A stretch of 57,342 nucleotides of DNA, the filler included, from Trypethelium eluteriae (lineage: Eukaryota), in the NCBI GenBank assembly GCA_051942245.1. It is 3 parts of 3 records of this genome, joined end to end, with 100 filler letters (N's around TTAATTAATTAA, not from the genome) between each part and the next. Parts side by side here need not be neighbours in the genome. Positions count along the whole stretch, not along the records: positions 1 to 19,055 come from JAVECL010000536.1; positions 19,156 to 38,205 come from JAVECL010000537.1; 1 more part is not named here. One strand, 5' to 3'. Position 1 is the stretch's first letter. The number at the start of each line of letters is the position of its first letter. Of this stretch, positions 12,381 to 23,469 are shown piece after piece. The notes beneath the pieces were generated by a model, which searched no databases, was not told the origin of the DNA, and saw only the letters and a list, made by a program, of their open reading frames with translations. Made by a program: the position numbers and the translations under genes.

Positions 12381-12875
12381 TATTATAAATACTCCTAACT
12401 AAGGACGTGTTAAAGGTAGCCATTACTTATAATGCACTAATCGCGTAACACTGAGCGCGTCTCACAACAGGAGTAAGCAAGGATGTGGTATGGACACCTC
12501 AACCATCTTGCAGCAAGATAAGCAAGATCTCACCTTGCAGAGAGTGAGACAACATCTCACTCTCCTTGCTGCGACATTAGCAAGAAGGAAGGTTGTAATA
12601 GAGAAGGAATAAATATTTAAAAAACCAAGTTCTAAACATACTCTTATTTTTCTCCTTGTGTTTTATTACTTTACTGTATTGTACTAAAATTATACCTACA
12701 GTTAGTTACAAGCCAAATTAAATAAGTCCTTATTTATTACCAAGTTATTTAAAGCTTAGTAACCCTTCTTACATTATTGGATCCTTGACACTCCGCTCCT
12801 ACGTGAAAAACCCTGAGACCACTCTACGTACCTGCTACAAGCTGTGCTTGTACCAGGGGGTATAGGCTCATAACA
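12381..12875 (+). repeat. 3' LTR
   Basis: 495 bp, ends ...GGCTCATAACA followed by TSD GCTTT. Confidence 0.96.
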
Positions 12876-13859
12876 GCTTTATTTATCAGCTCTTATAGTT
12901 TTTTTGCTTTATTTATGTTTATTATTGTGTCTCTAAGGTTAAGCTTAATATTTAGGAGGGCATATCGCCCTTAAGCAGCAGTCTTTATGGCACTTAGGTT
13001 TAAAATAAAGCAGAGGTTAGGCACTAAATCAGGCGGTGTTATAGTAATTAATAAAGAGAGTAATTAAGGATTAAAAGCAGCAGATGCATAAGAGCATAAT
13101 TGGGATATAACTTATATAATTAATAGCGCTTTCTTAAGGCTAAGGACAGTTTCTTTAAGCTCTCTTATATTCTCCTTTAGGTCCTTTATAATTACAGTTA
13201 TTTATGCTATTTGCTTTATAAGCTTCCTATTTTCTTCCCTTATTTTTTTGCTCTCTCTTTTTAACTCCTCTATAAATTGTTTAATCTCCGCCCATTCGCC
13301 ACAGTTCTCCTTGTATGCTGCCATCTCTTGCTCCTAAAGAATTTAACTGTTGGCTATATTTTCTTGAATTTTGGCTAAAGGTTTGGTAGTGCGTTTAATA
13401 ACGCCGTCTTATTAAGACATCAAAGGTGGGGTCTGGCTATCAATTAAGCTGGAGCTGGAGTGCGTGCGCTTTCCTTCTAAGGTCCAAATCGGGAGTACGA
13501 CTGCGTGCTCGTACGTAGCTACGCTCACATGCCGGGCGCGTTTCCTGCCTGCTGCAGGCGTCAGGCTTGTGACGCTTCTAATAGGTCGAATCAATTGAGT
13601 TTTTCCTTTGTATGATCCGCTCCGCTGAGGCTAAAATTGCTGTGCAATCTGCGGAAGGCGTATGGTCAGGAGATGCGTCGGTGTATAACTGAGCAGTATC
13701 ACGTGACCAGCAGAGTGATCAGTAGTGATCAGTGCATGTGTACTGATCCGGCGAGGACATCTATATACGTAGCCAATTCACGAACCTCACTCCTATTCAC
13801 GTGATAGGATTGCCAATTTGCTAATAAGATTGCCTTCTCACACATCACATGCAACATCA

Positions 13860-15197
13860 ATGTTCGCCAAACGGACGATTGCTCGTAACAGGCAGCTCAC
13901 AAGGAACAATAGAGATTTTCGAGTTTAGCGGCACCCAAGGACAAGACCTATCGCTCGTCTATCGCATTAATTCTCATGAAGACGGTATACTCTATATGGT
14001 ATTGCGTTCAGTGGTGATATTCTATGCTTTGCCGGCATCCGCGGCTCACAATTCCGCGTTTGAGAGCCAGCTATGTTAGCTCGTAGCGATTTGGATGAGG
14101 GAAGTCAAAGCGAGCTTAGTCAAGCCATCGCCTTGGCACCAAGGTCGGTCAGTGTGCTTGACGGACCACCAGAGGAAGAAGTAACAACACTGAGCTGTCA
14201 TTCCTGCAGCAAAGTTGTCTTCTGTGGGAAACAAGATGGTTCCATTGTCTATTTCGAGACACAATTTGCAACGCAAGGTGGTGTTTTATACCGGCACGCT
14301 TTGAATGTTAAAGTTACCTGCACTGTCTATAGTGAAGGGAATTGCATGTTGGCTACAGCAGACGAGTCTGGACGTGTGCTTATAAGAAAGCTTATCGAAT
14401 CAAGGACAGTATATCACGTGGAGTGCGATGTTAGCGAGATACGCTCGGACGAACCTCTAAGAGCGCTGTTGTACAATGGTTCCGGAACAAGGATTCTTTT
14501 GCAAGGCCCGCGGTCCGTTGAGATATAGACGATAGGAGGTGAGCAAATCGGCTCTTCTATCCTTCTCAATAGCGAGCACGTCACTATTTTTGCCACTTGT
14601 CCGACTCCTGGAACCTTTATCATTGCTAGCAATCACAGTTTGCATACTTTTTCGTGGGCTGATGCAGCAGAGATACAACCATACCTTGATGAAAGACTTG
14701 CAGACTTGAAGCTCACTCATTTGGATGCTTCCCCAAGCAATTTTGCTCCCATACAGCCTCAGAGACGACACCGTGAAGATCTACCTCGCCAATGCTCCGG
14801 CTACATTGTCCATTATCGAAGGGCAGATCGTTCAAGCATTTCCGATTTTCCCTCGCTTCTGATCTGGCCGCTCTCCACTATCACCGTATCTGATCCTTAT
14901 CCCGTGCCACTCAAGGTCCCTCATCTCGAAGACCTTGCACGTCAAGTCCTTCAGATTATCGCTGTGCCTGGTAGCTTACTTCTATTCATTGACAGCGATC
15001 ATTTGGTATGCAGCCTTGACCTAGCGTCACCTTCTTCAATAAAAAATGCTGTTCACCGACATTTCTTCCTGCTCTCAGAATGGAGGAGAGGCAATAGAGA
15101 CTTTATCACTGCCTTTGTATCAGCAGATCGGGAATTTGTAGTTGCACGCCGGCACGGACTATTGGTTTTCAGAAGAGCATTGGAATGTAGACAGTAA
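13860..15197 (+). pseudogene. 3' part of WD40-repeat (probable NACHT-WD NLR) pseudogene
   Basis: WD-like repeats CSPNGRLLVTGSSQGTIEIF, VFCGKQDGSI and LATADESGRV, and C-terminal HRHFFLLSEW. There is a frameshift near 13990 and in-frame stops at Trp-like positions (FRV*EP ~14060, VEI*TI 14526-14528). Confidence 0.78.
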
Positions 15198-16544
15198 TGG
15201 ACTATCCTAGGATTTCGACAGAAAGGCTATCGTATCGATTAATTTTTGACCAGAGTTTATGTGTTTCCCGCACGGTACAATATTCATAAACAGTCAGTCC
15301 ATAAAGGGGCAATCGGAGGATGTAGCATTCTTCTTTCAGGGTTCATACTGACTTTGGTCATTGATGATATCGTCTTACTCTGGTGGCAGCAATTTTGTTC
15401 TTGTGAGCCCGGGGAAAGGTACATCGAGGCGAAATTATACGAAGTGACACATGTAAAATGGCATACTCGAAATCCATACATTATCTCAGACCTGATTCTA
15501 TCATGCTTGGACAGAGCGTCACTGGGTTTTTTGAAAGTATGGATTTAATATAACATTCCAGAAACAATTCAGCTTGCAACAAGGTAAACGGCGAGTACAC
15601 AAATCACGGAATCAGCACGTGGATGATCGTATCAAGACTTTATGAAAGTATCGACAATGTCAGTTCATACGATCATCTGGAATATTAAACCCATGCCCAA
15701 TCAAGCTACCAGACGCATCTCGCAAAAAGAATCCCCAAACGGACCTGCTGACCATAAATTCCTTGTTTGTGTGATTCAGAGACTACCTGCCAAGCGAAAT
15801 TGATACTGACGCTACATATGCTTCAGGTACTTATTGCTTAAACAAGCATGGGGCTTTGATGACCGAACGAAACAATTTGTGGCATATTCGTAGCAGGATC
15901 ATTGAAGACGCAATCGGAAACGTTATTGTCTCATGCATGCAAATAAGCTATTTAGCGAAGCGCTGGTATTTCTAGTTGCATCCTCGAAGGCGGTCGAACA
16001 AGCAAAGCGCCTTACCGCCTAGATCCAAACCTGAGACCTCTAATATCACGCATTGCAAAGCGAGAGGTAGGAAAGCGTGAACTTTTACCAAAATGTTGTG
16101 ATTCGCGACACTGATCAATGGTGCAAATCTCGGCTTGTAGCATCACTAGCGCACTCGAAGTTTGCTATCAGCAAAAAGTCTAACTCATCTTTGGCTAGCT
16201 GCGAGTGTGCGAAGGGCTATTGGAATCTCAGTCATCCGAGCGTGCCTACGCGTGTGCCCGCGCTGGATATGGACAGCGTTAGGGGACAGATGCTGCACCG
16301 TGACTGCAAGCCATTTCACAAGGGTATGTGCATGCTCTTTCATACTGCGAGGCTTTCCCAATGTAACGCTACAGCTGATTTCAGCTTGACGTGAAGCTGC
16401 TTCAGTTTTCCCTTGTAATATCCAAGCTTGCACAGGAAAGCTGGAAAGGCTACCTCAAAAGTCAGCGATCGTCATCTCCTCCAGGCATTCTTGATAATTG
16501 CTCAATTACTTCATCCGGATCTTTTCGTTTTCGATCTACTTGCG

Positions 16545-16800
16545 ATGAGTAAACTCTCAAGGAAGGTCGCGGTTGTGACAGGTACTTCATCTGGAAACGG
16601 ACGGGCAATTGTGCTCTGCCTTGCATAGGAAGGAAGCCATGTAGCATGCGGCGACCTAAGCCCAAACATAAAGCATCTGGGTCCCGAGGATGACTTGACT
16701 CCAACCCATGAGTTGATTCAGAGGAATGATTGCAAGTCGCTTGATCTCAAGACTTATGCAGGTGAAAGCGAAGACATGCACAAGGTCAAAGTAGCGTTTG
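16545..16800 (+). pseudogene. Short-chain dehydrogenase/reductase N-terminal relic
   Basis: MSKLSRKVAVVTGTSSGNGRAIVLCLA*EGSHVACGDL contains the Rossmann TGxxxGxG motif with an in-frame TAG. No catalytic YxxxK half is recognisable. Confidence 0.75.
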
Positions 16801-17312
16801 CTAAGTAGTATCTTATCTGCGATGTGCAAGGCTCATACTGATCTTTGCAATCGATTTCTGTACGAGACCATAAGAGTGGAAAGTACCTTCAGGATCTAAG
16901 TCTACTCGATAGCAAGCATCGCAGAAGTTACCTACAAGCTGTCTTCAAGAAAAGTAATCATTCGTGGAGGCGTAAATGTTGTGCAATAACTCAGTACACT
17001 CGACGCCAGTGTGACAAGGGGTTCAGCTATTTGGTAAGGACCAAATGTCGATGCATGCGGATTTCCGGTAGGCTGAATGATATCTGAAGCTAGGCAAAGT
17101 CACATAGGTGCCCAACACTTGCCAATCTTCTAGTTTTCCGAGTCCCATGCAGAGTACGGAGTGGTGTAGTGCTTAGCTGTTGTACGCTAAAAAAAAAAGT
17201 ACCTAAGTACATCCTTACCCGCGACTCTCGTTCTCTAGCGTCTTAGAAGACGACATCCAAAGAGTTTCACCTCTCAACTACCCGCAGACTCCCTCAACCT
17301 TCCATAGCGGCG

Positions 17313-17951
17313 ATGATCGGACCATTTAAGTCAACGACCCCTTTATCGGGCGGGCTATTATGGTAAGGACATAAACCTCTGACAGACCTTAAAAATGTCA
17401 AAACTTCCTATCGACCGCTAATTCTCTTCCAGGAAAATCCCCTGGCGTCTCTCCTCGACCCGCAAAGCCCGTCACCGCGAACGTCTCAAGCGTGTCGATA
17501 ATGTTGTCGCGACCCTCGACAGTGCCCTCGCCAAGCTCGAACCCGAGCTCGCTCCTGCCGCCCTCGCAAACAAGAAAGTCGTGAGACAGTTCCGGGAGGG
17601 AGTGAAAGAGCAGCAGCGGCAACAGCAGGAGGCAGAGGCTCAAGGTCGAGCTGAAGGAGAAGATGGAGCAATCGCTGAGGATGCTGCTGTAGCTGCTAAG
17701 ATGGTACGGCAGATGGGCCAGACTACCAGGTTGATTGAGCGGTGGAAGAAGGAGATGCCCACGGAAGCAGAGATGCTGCCGAGGGATAAGTACACCATAT
17801 TCGATCGAAAGGAGCGGAAGTATCGAAAGGGGATACATAGTAAGTGGGCAGAAATTGGGAAAGGCTCCTGGACGATCGCGCTGACCGAGAGTTTGCAGAG
17901 CTACCGAAGTGGACACGAGTGTCGCAAAGACTTAATCCTCCAGGGTTCTGA
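17313..17951 (+). CDS. MRPL31: Mitochondrial large ribosomal subunit protein L31 (mL60); exons 17313-17362, 17433-17839, 17899-17951
   Basis: Spliced product MIGPFKSTTPLSGGLLWKIPWRLSSTRKARHRERLKRVDNVV...MPTEAEMLPRDKYTIFDRKERKYRKGIHKLPKWTRVSQRLNPPGF, with canonical GT-AG introns. Confidence 0.93.
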
Positions 17952-18336
17952 TCTCTTATTATACTTGAATCATGCCTTAGACGGAACATCAGGTCTATCG
18001 CAGACCACAGTCGCCTACGCCGTCTGAAGCACTTAGAGGGTCAGGCATGATTTTGGATGTATATGTTCGCATTTACAGGCGTCTCGGAGGCTTCGATATT
18101 TCTGGCAAAGCAAGGAAGAGATACCATTGCTGGTGTTGGATGTATAATCTAAATGTCAACTATGTACATGTGGTCTTTCTGCTACCTCGATGCCAGCATC
18201 CTATTCTCTCTCATTCCAATGCTATGAGAAAAGGAAATTTAGTCAAATATCCCCCAGATGCGCTTAATAGCGATGACAAAGATACCACCCATACGAATGC
18301 GATGGCGGCCTGCTCTTTCACAAAAACGGGGACAGG

Positions 18337-19055
18337 TCACCAAGTCTCTGCAATATACTGACCATTAGATTTCTTGCCCTCCCAAAACTCCTTCGCTTCG
18401 TGCTCGTTCAATCCTCCTTTACGCATCGCAACGTCAACTAGTGCCTGCTGAACTCCATCACCCATGCCCTTACCACCAACAACAAAGACTCTTCCATCAA
18501 CACTGTTCACCACAAACCATACGACATCAGCTTGCGCCCTCACCTCATCCTGCACATACTTCGCTGAACTGGCATTAATCTTCGGTCCCAAATCCACCGT
18601 CGACGGTCCAATCTCCTCCTCCAACACCCCATCCACCTTCCCATCTGCCTCCGCCCCGGCAACCGCATGCGCAAGCGCATCCGCATCCACAAACTTCCGC
18701 TTCGTCGGCACCAACGCCGCGGAATTACTGCGGCTCTGCACAACGCGCTTGATCTCACGCTCCTGCTCGCCCAGCTCACCATGATAGATCTCGTCGAGAT
18801 CAGCATCACGCACCCCCTGAATGAGCCAGATCTTGTTCGCGCAATTCGCATGACGCAGCCGATTGAGGATAAACCCTCTGAACGGGGCCATCCCGACCCC
18901 GGCGCCAATGAGCAGCATAGGGCCATCGGAGGCGAACTCGCGGGAGAGCGGATTCGCCATCAGCCCGCGGAACATGGGGATGCGGATTTGGGGTGTCGGG
19001 CGCAGGACGGAGGTCAGGAAGGCGGGGGGGTTGGCGGTTGGGGTCGAGGTCGGGG
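18337..19055 (-). CDS. FNR-type NAD(P)H-binding C-terminus of a CYPOR/diflavin-reductase-like oxidoreductase (5' end lost in gap)
   Basis: LIGAGVGMAPFRGF, KYVQD, GRVFVVGGKGM and terminal YIAETW are the NADP-binding motifs and C-terminal Trp of the FNR superfamily. Confidence 0.85.
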
Positions 19056-19155
19056 NNNNNNNNNNNNNNNNNNNNNNNNNNNNNNNNNNNNNNNNNNNNT
19101 TAATTAATTAANNNNNNNNNNNNNNNNNNNNNNNNNNNNNNNNNNNNNNNNNNNN
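19056..19155. other. Artificial scaffold linker (44 N + TTAATTAATTAA + 44 N)
   Basis: Six-frame stop linker inside an N run. An identical construct is at 38206-38305. Confidence 0.97.
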
Positions 19156-19499
19156 GAAGTAAGGGTAGGGGGAAAACGGAGGGGGGATTGGAAGGAAGGA
19201 TGATTAAATGAGGCTATGGATGGAGGAACCGATGGATGAGGGGATAGATGAAAGGAAGAGGTGTGTAAATTAGAGCTAGGTTCTAGAGTTCTAGCCACAA
19301 CGAACCTGATAAAAATAAGCTGTCTTCCTTATCCATTGGTAATTACCGCCCGCCAACCACGATAAGAAGATGAACCCTTCTCAACCCAAGACATACCGAT
19401 AGCCTTTGACGTTCGACGTGCCGTGTTGTAGCAACGGCGTTGCGATTCCCTTCCAAGCGAACCAGTCCCAGTCCTCTTATTGTGCTCCGGCCAATGGGC

Positions 19500-21521
19500 T
19501 CACAATGTCAGTTCTCGCGTATCTCCGTTGCTAATAGCTTCTCCTTCGCCATGCCTGGCCCGGAAAATACACGGGTTAAAAAGCCAGGTAAAGCATCGGG
19601 AAAACGCGTGCTTGATTCTGCACCGAAAGCAGTCCGTCTTAGCATTTTGATGTTCTCCTTCATGCGAGTGTCTCCTTCGTGGACGACGCGGACAAGCACG
19701 TCCGGCATCAGCTCCGACCTCATCTGGAGGGTGTTCGTCGTGCACATGGCCGTCGTATGTCAGCAACATTGGCGTCGCCGCACTAGGTTGTTGAGATCGT
19801 CTTGCGTTGCTGATAGCCGGGCTCGTAAACAACTGACGACTACTCAGAGATGCCGCAGCTACGTCCCTTGGCATTGATGCTGTGGTGCCTCGCATGCTCA
19901 GTTCGGGGCTAATTAGGACGACGTCAGGACGTTTAGAGTGGTTCTCTGGTGTCACCTGCATGATTTGTTCCACAGGGTTGCTATCGTCCTCGGAATGATC
20001 CCGCTCAATGCGAGAAGGTGGAATAGTATGATCTGAAGCTGCGTCTGTGCGGTAGATAGGAACACCAGAGCAAGCATATCGCTGCTCAAGGTCTCCACGT
20101 GTAGCACTTCCCAAATACGATTGGCTCTCTTCACTCCATGTATGCAGCCTTTGATGAGCTCGTGGCGAGTCTCTGTTTCGTGCGGTGGGACGACTCTCTG
20201 GCGGTGAATTCGCTCTGAGGCCGATCTGCAGCGCTTCACCAAGATCCAAAGGCGAACTGGTTACAGAGTCTTCCGGTAATGGCTGATGAGGTACGAGTAC
20301 TGGAGATGGAGGTGGTATATCAAGATCCGGCCTCACGTTTTCTCTACTGATACTTCGACCCAAAGACCCGGGAGGAGAGGGGAAAGAATGAAGAAGCTGG
20401 CCCGGGCTTGCTCCATCGTCTGAGAAGGCTTCTTCAGATGCCGCAGCGCGCCGGTTGTTCCGTATCTCAAGGGACCGCGGGAGAGATACGGTCGCGGGAG
20501 AGTTGGCACCAGTTCGCCTCGAATTTATCGCACTGACACTCCTTTGTGGTTTGGGGGGTTGATCCGCTGAGCTTGACCTTAGAGCAAGTGACAAAGATCT
20601 ACACGCCGGGCTTTGTATGGCTTGAGGAGCTTCATCAACAGTATTGAAGGGGTGGTTTTCTAGCCCATCAAATCCAGGAGTTGCAAAGCCTGGCATGGGT
20701 CGCCAGAGCCGACGTTGTAGTCTGTCATTTGATCCAGAAGCACGTCTGATGAAGCTTGAGATTACCAGGAACGGATTGCTTCGTCGTCTCGAGTGCTTCC
20801 CACCACGATTTAATTGCTCGTCGTTCGGCCATCGGGGAAGACCTTCTGGCGTATTGATGCGGGAGGGAGGTTCGAACGGCGGGAGAGAAGGAGCGATGGC
20901 ATTTTCTAGACTAGGCCGAAGGGTCAGAACAGTGGAGGGTTGCTCGGAAGAAAGATCGCTTGTTGCATTGGGACGTGAATCGCACAGAGCACTTTCATCG
21001 CAACTGAACGCGTATACCCTCCTCAATTCCTCAACCGGAGCAGACTCGGTATGCAGATAATTGGAATCGGGGTCAATGTGGACTGGCGTGAAACGCCGTT
21101 TGGAGCTGGAGTGAGAGAGCCTTGATCGGAGGGTCGCATAAGAGCTTCGCTCGAGAATGGTAGAAAGCGGCCTACCATAGGGTCGGTTCTTGAATTGTAC
21201 TGCGGGTCCTCGAGCTGTGCTCACCCCCACAGCTTCACTTCCGATGTTGCCCCCTTGCTCAGGCCCAAGAGGAGGTTTAGTGGGATCTGGATCATGGCAG
21301 ACCTCGGGTCTGTCAGGTTGACTTGCATCACTCTCAATCGTGGCAAGGCTCGAGGCGGCCAATCTGTCTACAGCAGCGTCCGAGGGAGACAGTGCCAGGG
21401 ATGATTGCGATCTCAAGATCTTTGACGAATGATGGGTGGGAGTTGCTGGGGGATGAGGAGATAGACTTCGCGCATTGCTCCGATCGCGGATGGGAGCCTG
21501 GGAGTCTGCAGCCAGGGCCAT
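19500..21521 (-). CDS. Hypothetical Ser/Pro/Arg-rich, likely disordered protein (673 aa)
   Basis: Long uninterrupted ORF with no recognisable domain. The start is uncertain. Confidence 0.65.
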   Translation of the reverse strand: MALAADSQAPIRDRSNARSLSPHPPATPTHHSSKILRSQSSLALSPSDAAVDRLAASSLATIESDASQPDRPEVCHDPDPTKPPLGPEQGGNIGSEAVGVSTARGPAVQFKNRPYGRPLSTILERSSYATLRSRLSHSSSKRRFTPVHIDPDSNYLHTESAPVEELRRVYAFSCDESALCDSRPNATSDLSSEQPSTVLTLRPSLENAIAPSLPPFEPPSRINTPEGLPRWPNDEQLNRGGKHSRRRSNPFLVISSFIRRASGSNDRLQRRLWRPMPGFATPGFDGLENHPFNTVDEAPQAIQSPACRSLSLALRSSSADQPPKPQRSVSAINSRRTGANSPATVSLPRSLEIRNNRRAAASEEAFSDDGASPGQLLHSFPSPPGSLGRSISRENVRPDLDIPPPSPVLVPHQPLPEDSVTSSPLDLGEALQIGLRANSPPESRPTARNRDSPRAHQRLHTWSEESQSYLGSATRGDLEQRYACSGVPIYRTDAASDHTIPPSRIERDHSEDDSNPVEQIMQVTPENHSKRPDVVLISPELSMRGTTASMPRDVAAASLSSRQLFTSPAISNARRSQQPSAATPMLLTYDGHVHDEHPPDEVGADAGRACPRRPRRRHSHEGEHQNAKTDCFRCRIKHAFSRCFTWLFNPCIFRARHGEGEAISNGDTRELTL

Positions 21522-23469
21522 CGATTGGAAAAGGATTCAGATGAGGCACATGAGCTAGATACAGATACTGGGATGCAAGCGAGATTGGCAGATAGATCAA
21601 CATGTTGGGCCGAAAAAGGCAAGCGGCTGGGTGCGATGAGGAGCTGAGTTTCTGTTTGCGACGATGTAGGAAAGCACGAGAGGAGGGAGCTTGCCCTCAA
21701 CTCGAGGGAAGAGGAGAGATGCTGATCGCACTCGCTTAATGCCTCCATTTCGGCCAAGCCACGGAAGATGAAGATAGGTAGGTGTCGAAGGTGCCTGCTC
21801 GGTTCATCGGACTTGCCTCCGATGGTGAATGCAAATCCATCCATCGAGTCGTAGCAGCACAGAAGGGAAAAACCAAAGGCCGCCAAGGAAGTCGCAGCGG
21901 CGTGGGGTCATGATGACGGTAGCACTCCAGATCGCCCGGTGGTGGTGGTGATGAAAAAAAAAGACGTCAACAGTAATTGAAGCACCATCCACGGGTACCC
22001 TAGTTAAGGCATCCCTTAGTGGAGGCAAGCCTCAGCCAGTGTCCAGACCGCTGGGTCGGCGCGCCATGGCCTGACTTGAACCGCCCAATTGCTTAGCTCC
22101 CCACCTGAGATTGCAATTGCAGACCTGTCTCCGGATTTGCTGCTCCTCGTCGAACCATCGTCAATGACTCAACGTCCTGGCGAATGATTTTCCGAAGCCC
22201 GCATCCTAGCCTCGTCCGACCAGCACGGATCTGTCCTTTCCTGCATGCGTGCAACGGCAGCCCTCTATGTCAAGCCTAATGGCGATTGAGAAGCATGTGG
22301 CCATTTTCGAGAAGCATCACTTCCTCTGGGGCTCATCGACTTTGCCATCTGCGTGGGGCCCAGTGGCGCTCTGCATGTGCAGACGGCATCAACTGGGACA
22401 GAATCTTGCCAGTGTAGGGTGCTAACAGAATAAACAATAGCCGTTCGCATACAACATATGGCATACCCCCATGGTATCTACACAGGCCGTGTCGGCTTTC
22501 TAGAAACGGCTATGGCCTGGATGTTTCCGTCGCAAAATCAAAGAGTTTTCTATGCAAGCTAATGCGCCGCCCGATTTGAAATCTCACGCGAGGCGCGGTG
22601 GTATACCCGACCTTTTATAGGCCGCCCTTGCGGAGATGCTTGAGCACATTCGACATGTACCGATTTCGAAATGCGTATTCGAAGGGCGTCCAAGGGGCTG
22701 TATGGAATCCCAAGGGTGTGTTGCTGGGACCTGACAGTGTCTGCCCACAACGTGCAATCGCGACGTTCCACATCATCCTTCGAGAAGCCACCGATAAAGT
22801 TTTGCTGTACCACCTTGGACAGATTCATTGTTACCAAATTGCTGAGGCGTCCTGTATTCGCATGTCAGGCCACATGCTCGCTTCGCGCCGAGCCTAAACC
22901 TACCTCTTGTAGCACTTTGGCTCGTACTTAGGTCTCAACTCTTGCGGCAGCGCCATCATTTAGACTAGCATAATTCGTCGGCTTCGATCCATCCTATAGG
23001 ATACCGGGACCCAGTGGCTGATCTGTCAAGGTGCATGCCGTCCTGACCTCGGGGAAGACCAATGGCAGCCAGTATATGGGACCCGCCTCCTCGTGGCCCT
23101 AGGCACGTTAGTACTTTCTTTTGTCGGTTGGCAACGGTACAGTCCGTCAAACAATTTGTCGGTGTAAGACAGGCATTTTAATTTGTGCTTTTTGTTCCAT
23201 GGCGGATCTGGCAGCGTCCATGATTGCTAACTCGTGATAGCCACGAGGCAGCCACGGTACTGTGATCGATGGCTTGATTCAAATCTCTTTGGGATGACAC
23301 TGGTTGACCCACCATCTGCGAACCTCCGTAAAGATATAAAAGCTCCTCAAAACGAAGCTCGGAGCAAGTTTCTGTCTAGCAGCGGAACGCAAAGCCTCGG
23401 ATCACTCCTTTTTGAACAGAACTACCCAAGGTTCGGACATTTGTGGCCAATTCAGTACTTTAAAAGAGG

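Larger units (their letters stand above)
6201..12875 (+). mobile_element. Full-length Ty3/Gypsy LTR retrotransposon (chromovirus), RIP-inactivated
   Basis: Two 495-bp LTRs, TGTTA...TAACA termini, 5-bp TSD GCTTT (6196-6200, 12876-12880), PPT, and gag-PR-RT-RH-IN-chromodomain order. Confidence 0.97.
5545..13420 (-). pseudogene. LINE ORF1 (gag-like, CCHC knuckles), split by Gypsy insertion at 6201-12880; ends approximate
   Basis: Putative ATG at 13420 and a charged coiled-coil-like stretch at 13324-13150. Knuckles KCINYSKAAHRKEPY and QCYNYLSKHYMLSFKCP near 5680-5575 (TAT/TAC read as RIP of TGT/TGC). Confidence 0.7.
1536..13749 (-). mobile_element. Full-length Tad1-like LINE retrotransposon (~5.5 kb net), RIP-inactivated, interrupted by Gypsy element
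   Basis: 14-bp TSD GGCGAGGACATCTA at 1522-1535 and 13750-13763. The 3' tail is an (AATC)n repeat (attgattgattgattgatt, 1536-1554). Degenerate ORF1 has zinc knuckles and ORF2 has APE and RT motifs. Confidence 0.92.
1466..13859. mobile_element. Short (~166 bp net) solo-LTR-like element split by the LINE (arms 1466-1535 and 13764-13859)
   Basis: TG...CA ends with imperfect inverted termini TGATGTTGTA / TGCAACATCA. A 5-bp direct repeat ATGTT sits at 1461-1465 and 13860-13864. Removal restores the WD40 reading frame. Confidence 0.8.

Noticed and set aside
1..13400. Low-GC block as horizontal transfer, organellar DNA or an alternative genetic code
   Set aside because: Fully explained by transition-biased RIP damage of recognisable retroelements.
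15246..16433. Short ORFs between the WD40 relic and the SDR relic
   Set aside because: No recognisable motifs or consistent gene structure.
19056..19155. Palindromic TTAATTAATTAA repeated at both gaps
   Set aside because: Assembly linker with stops in all frames, not biological. Adjacency across it cannot be trusted, and the reductase and the 35291 gene do not resume beyond the gaps.
22483..22520. Imperfect hairpin centred on TTTCTAGAAA (HSE-like)
   Set aside because: Single, short and imperfect; could arise by chance.
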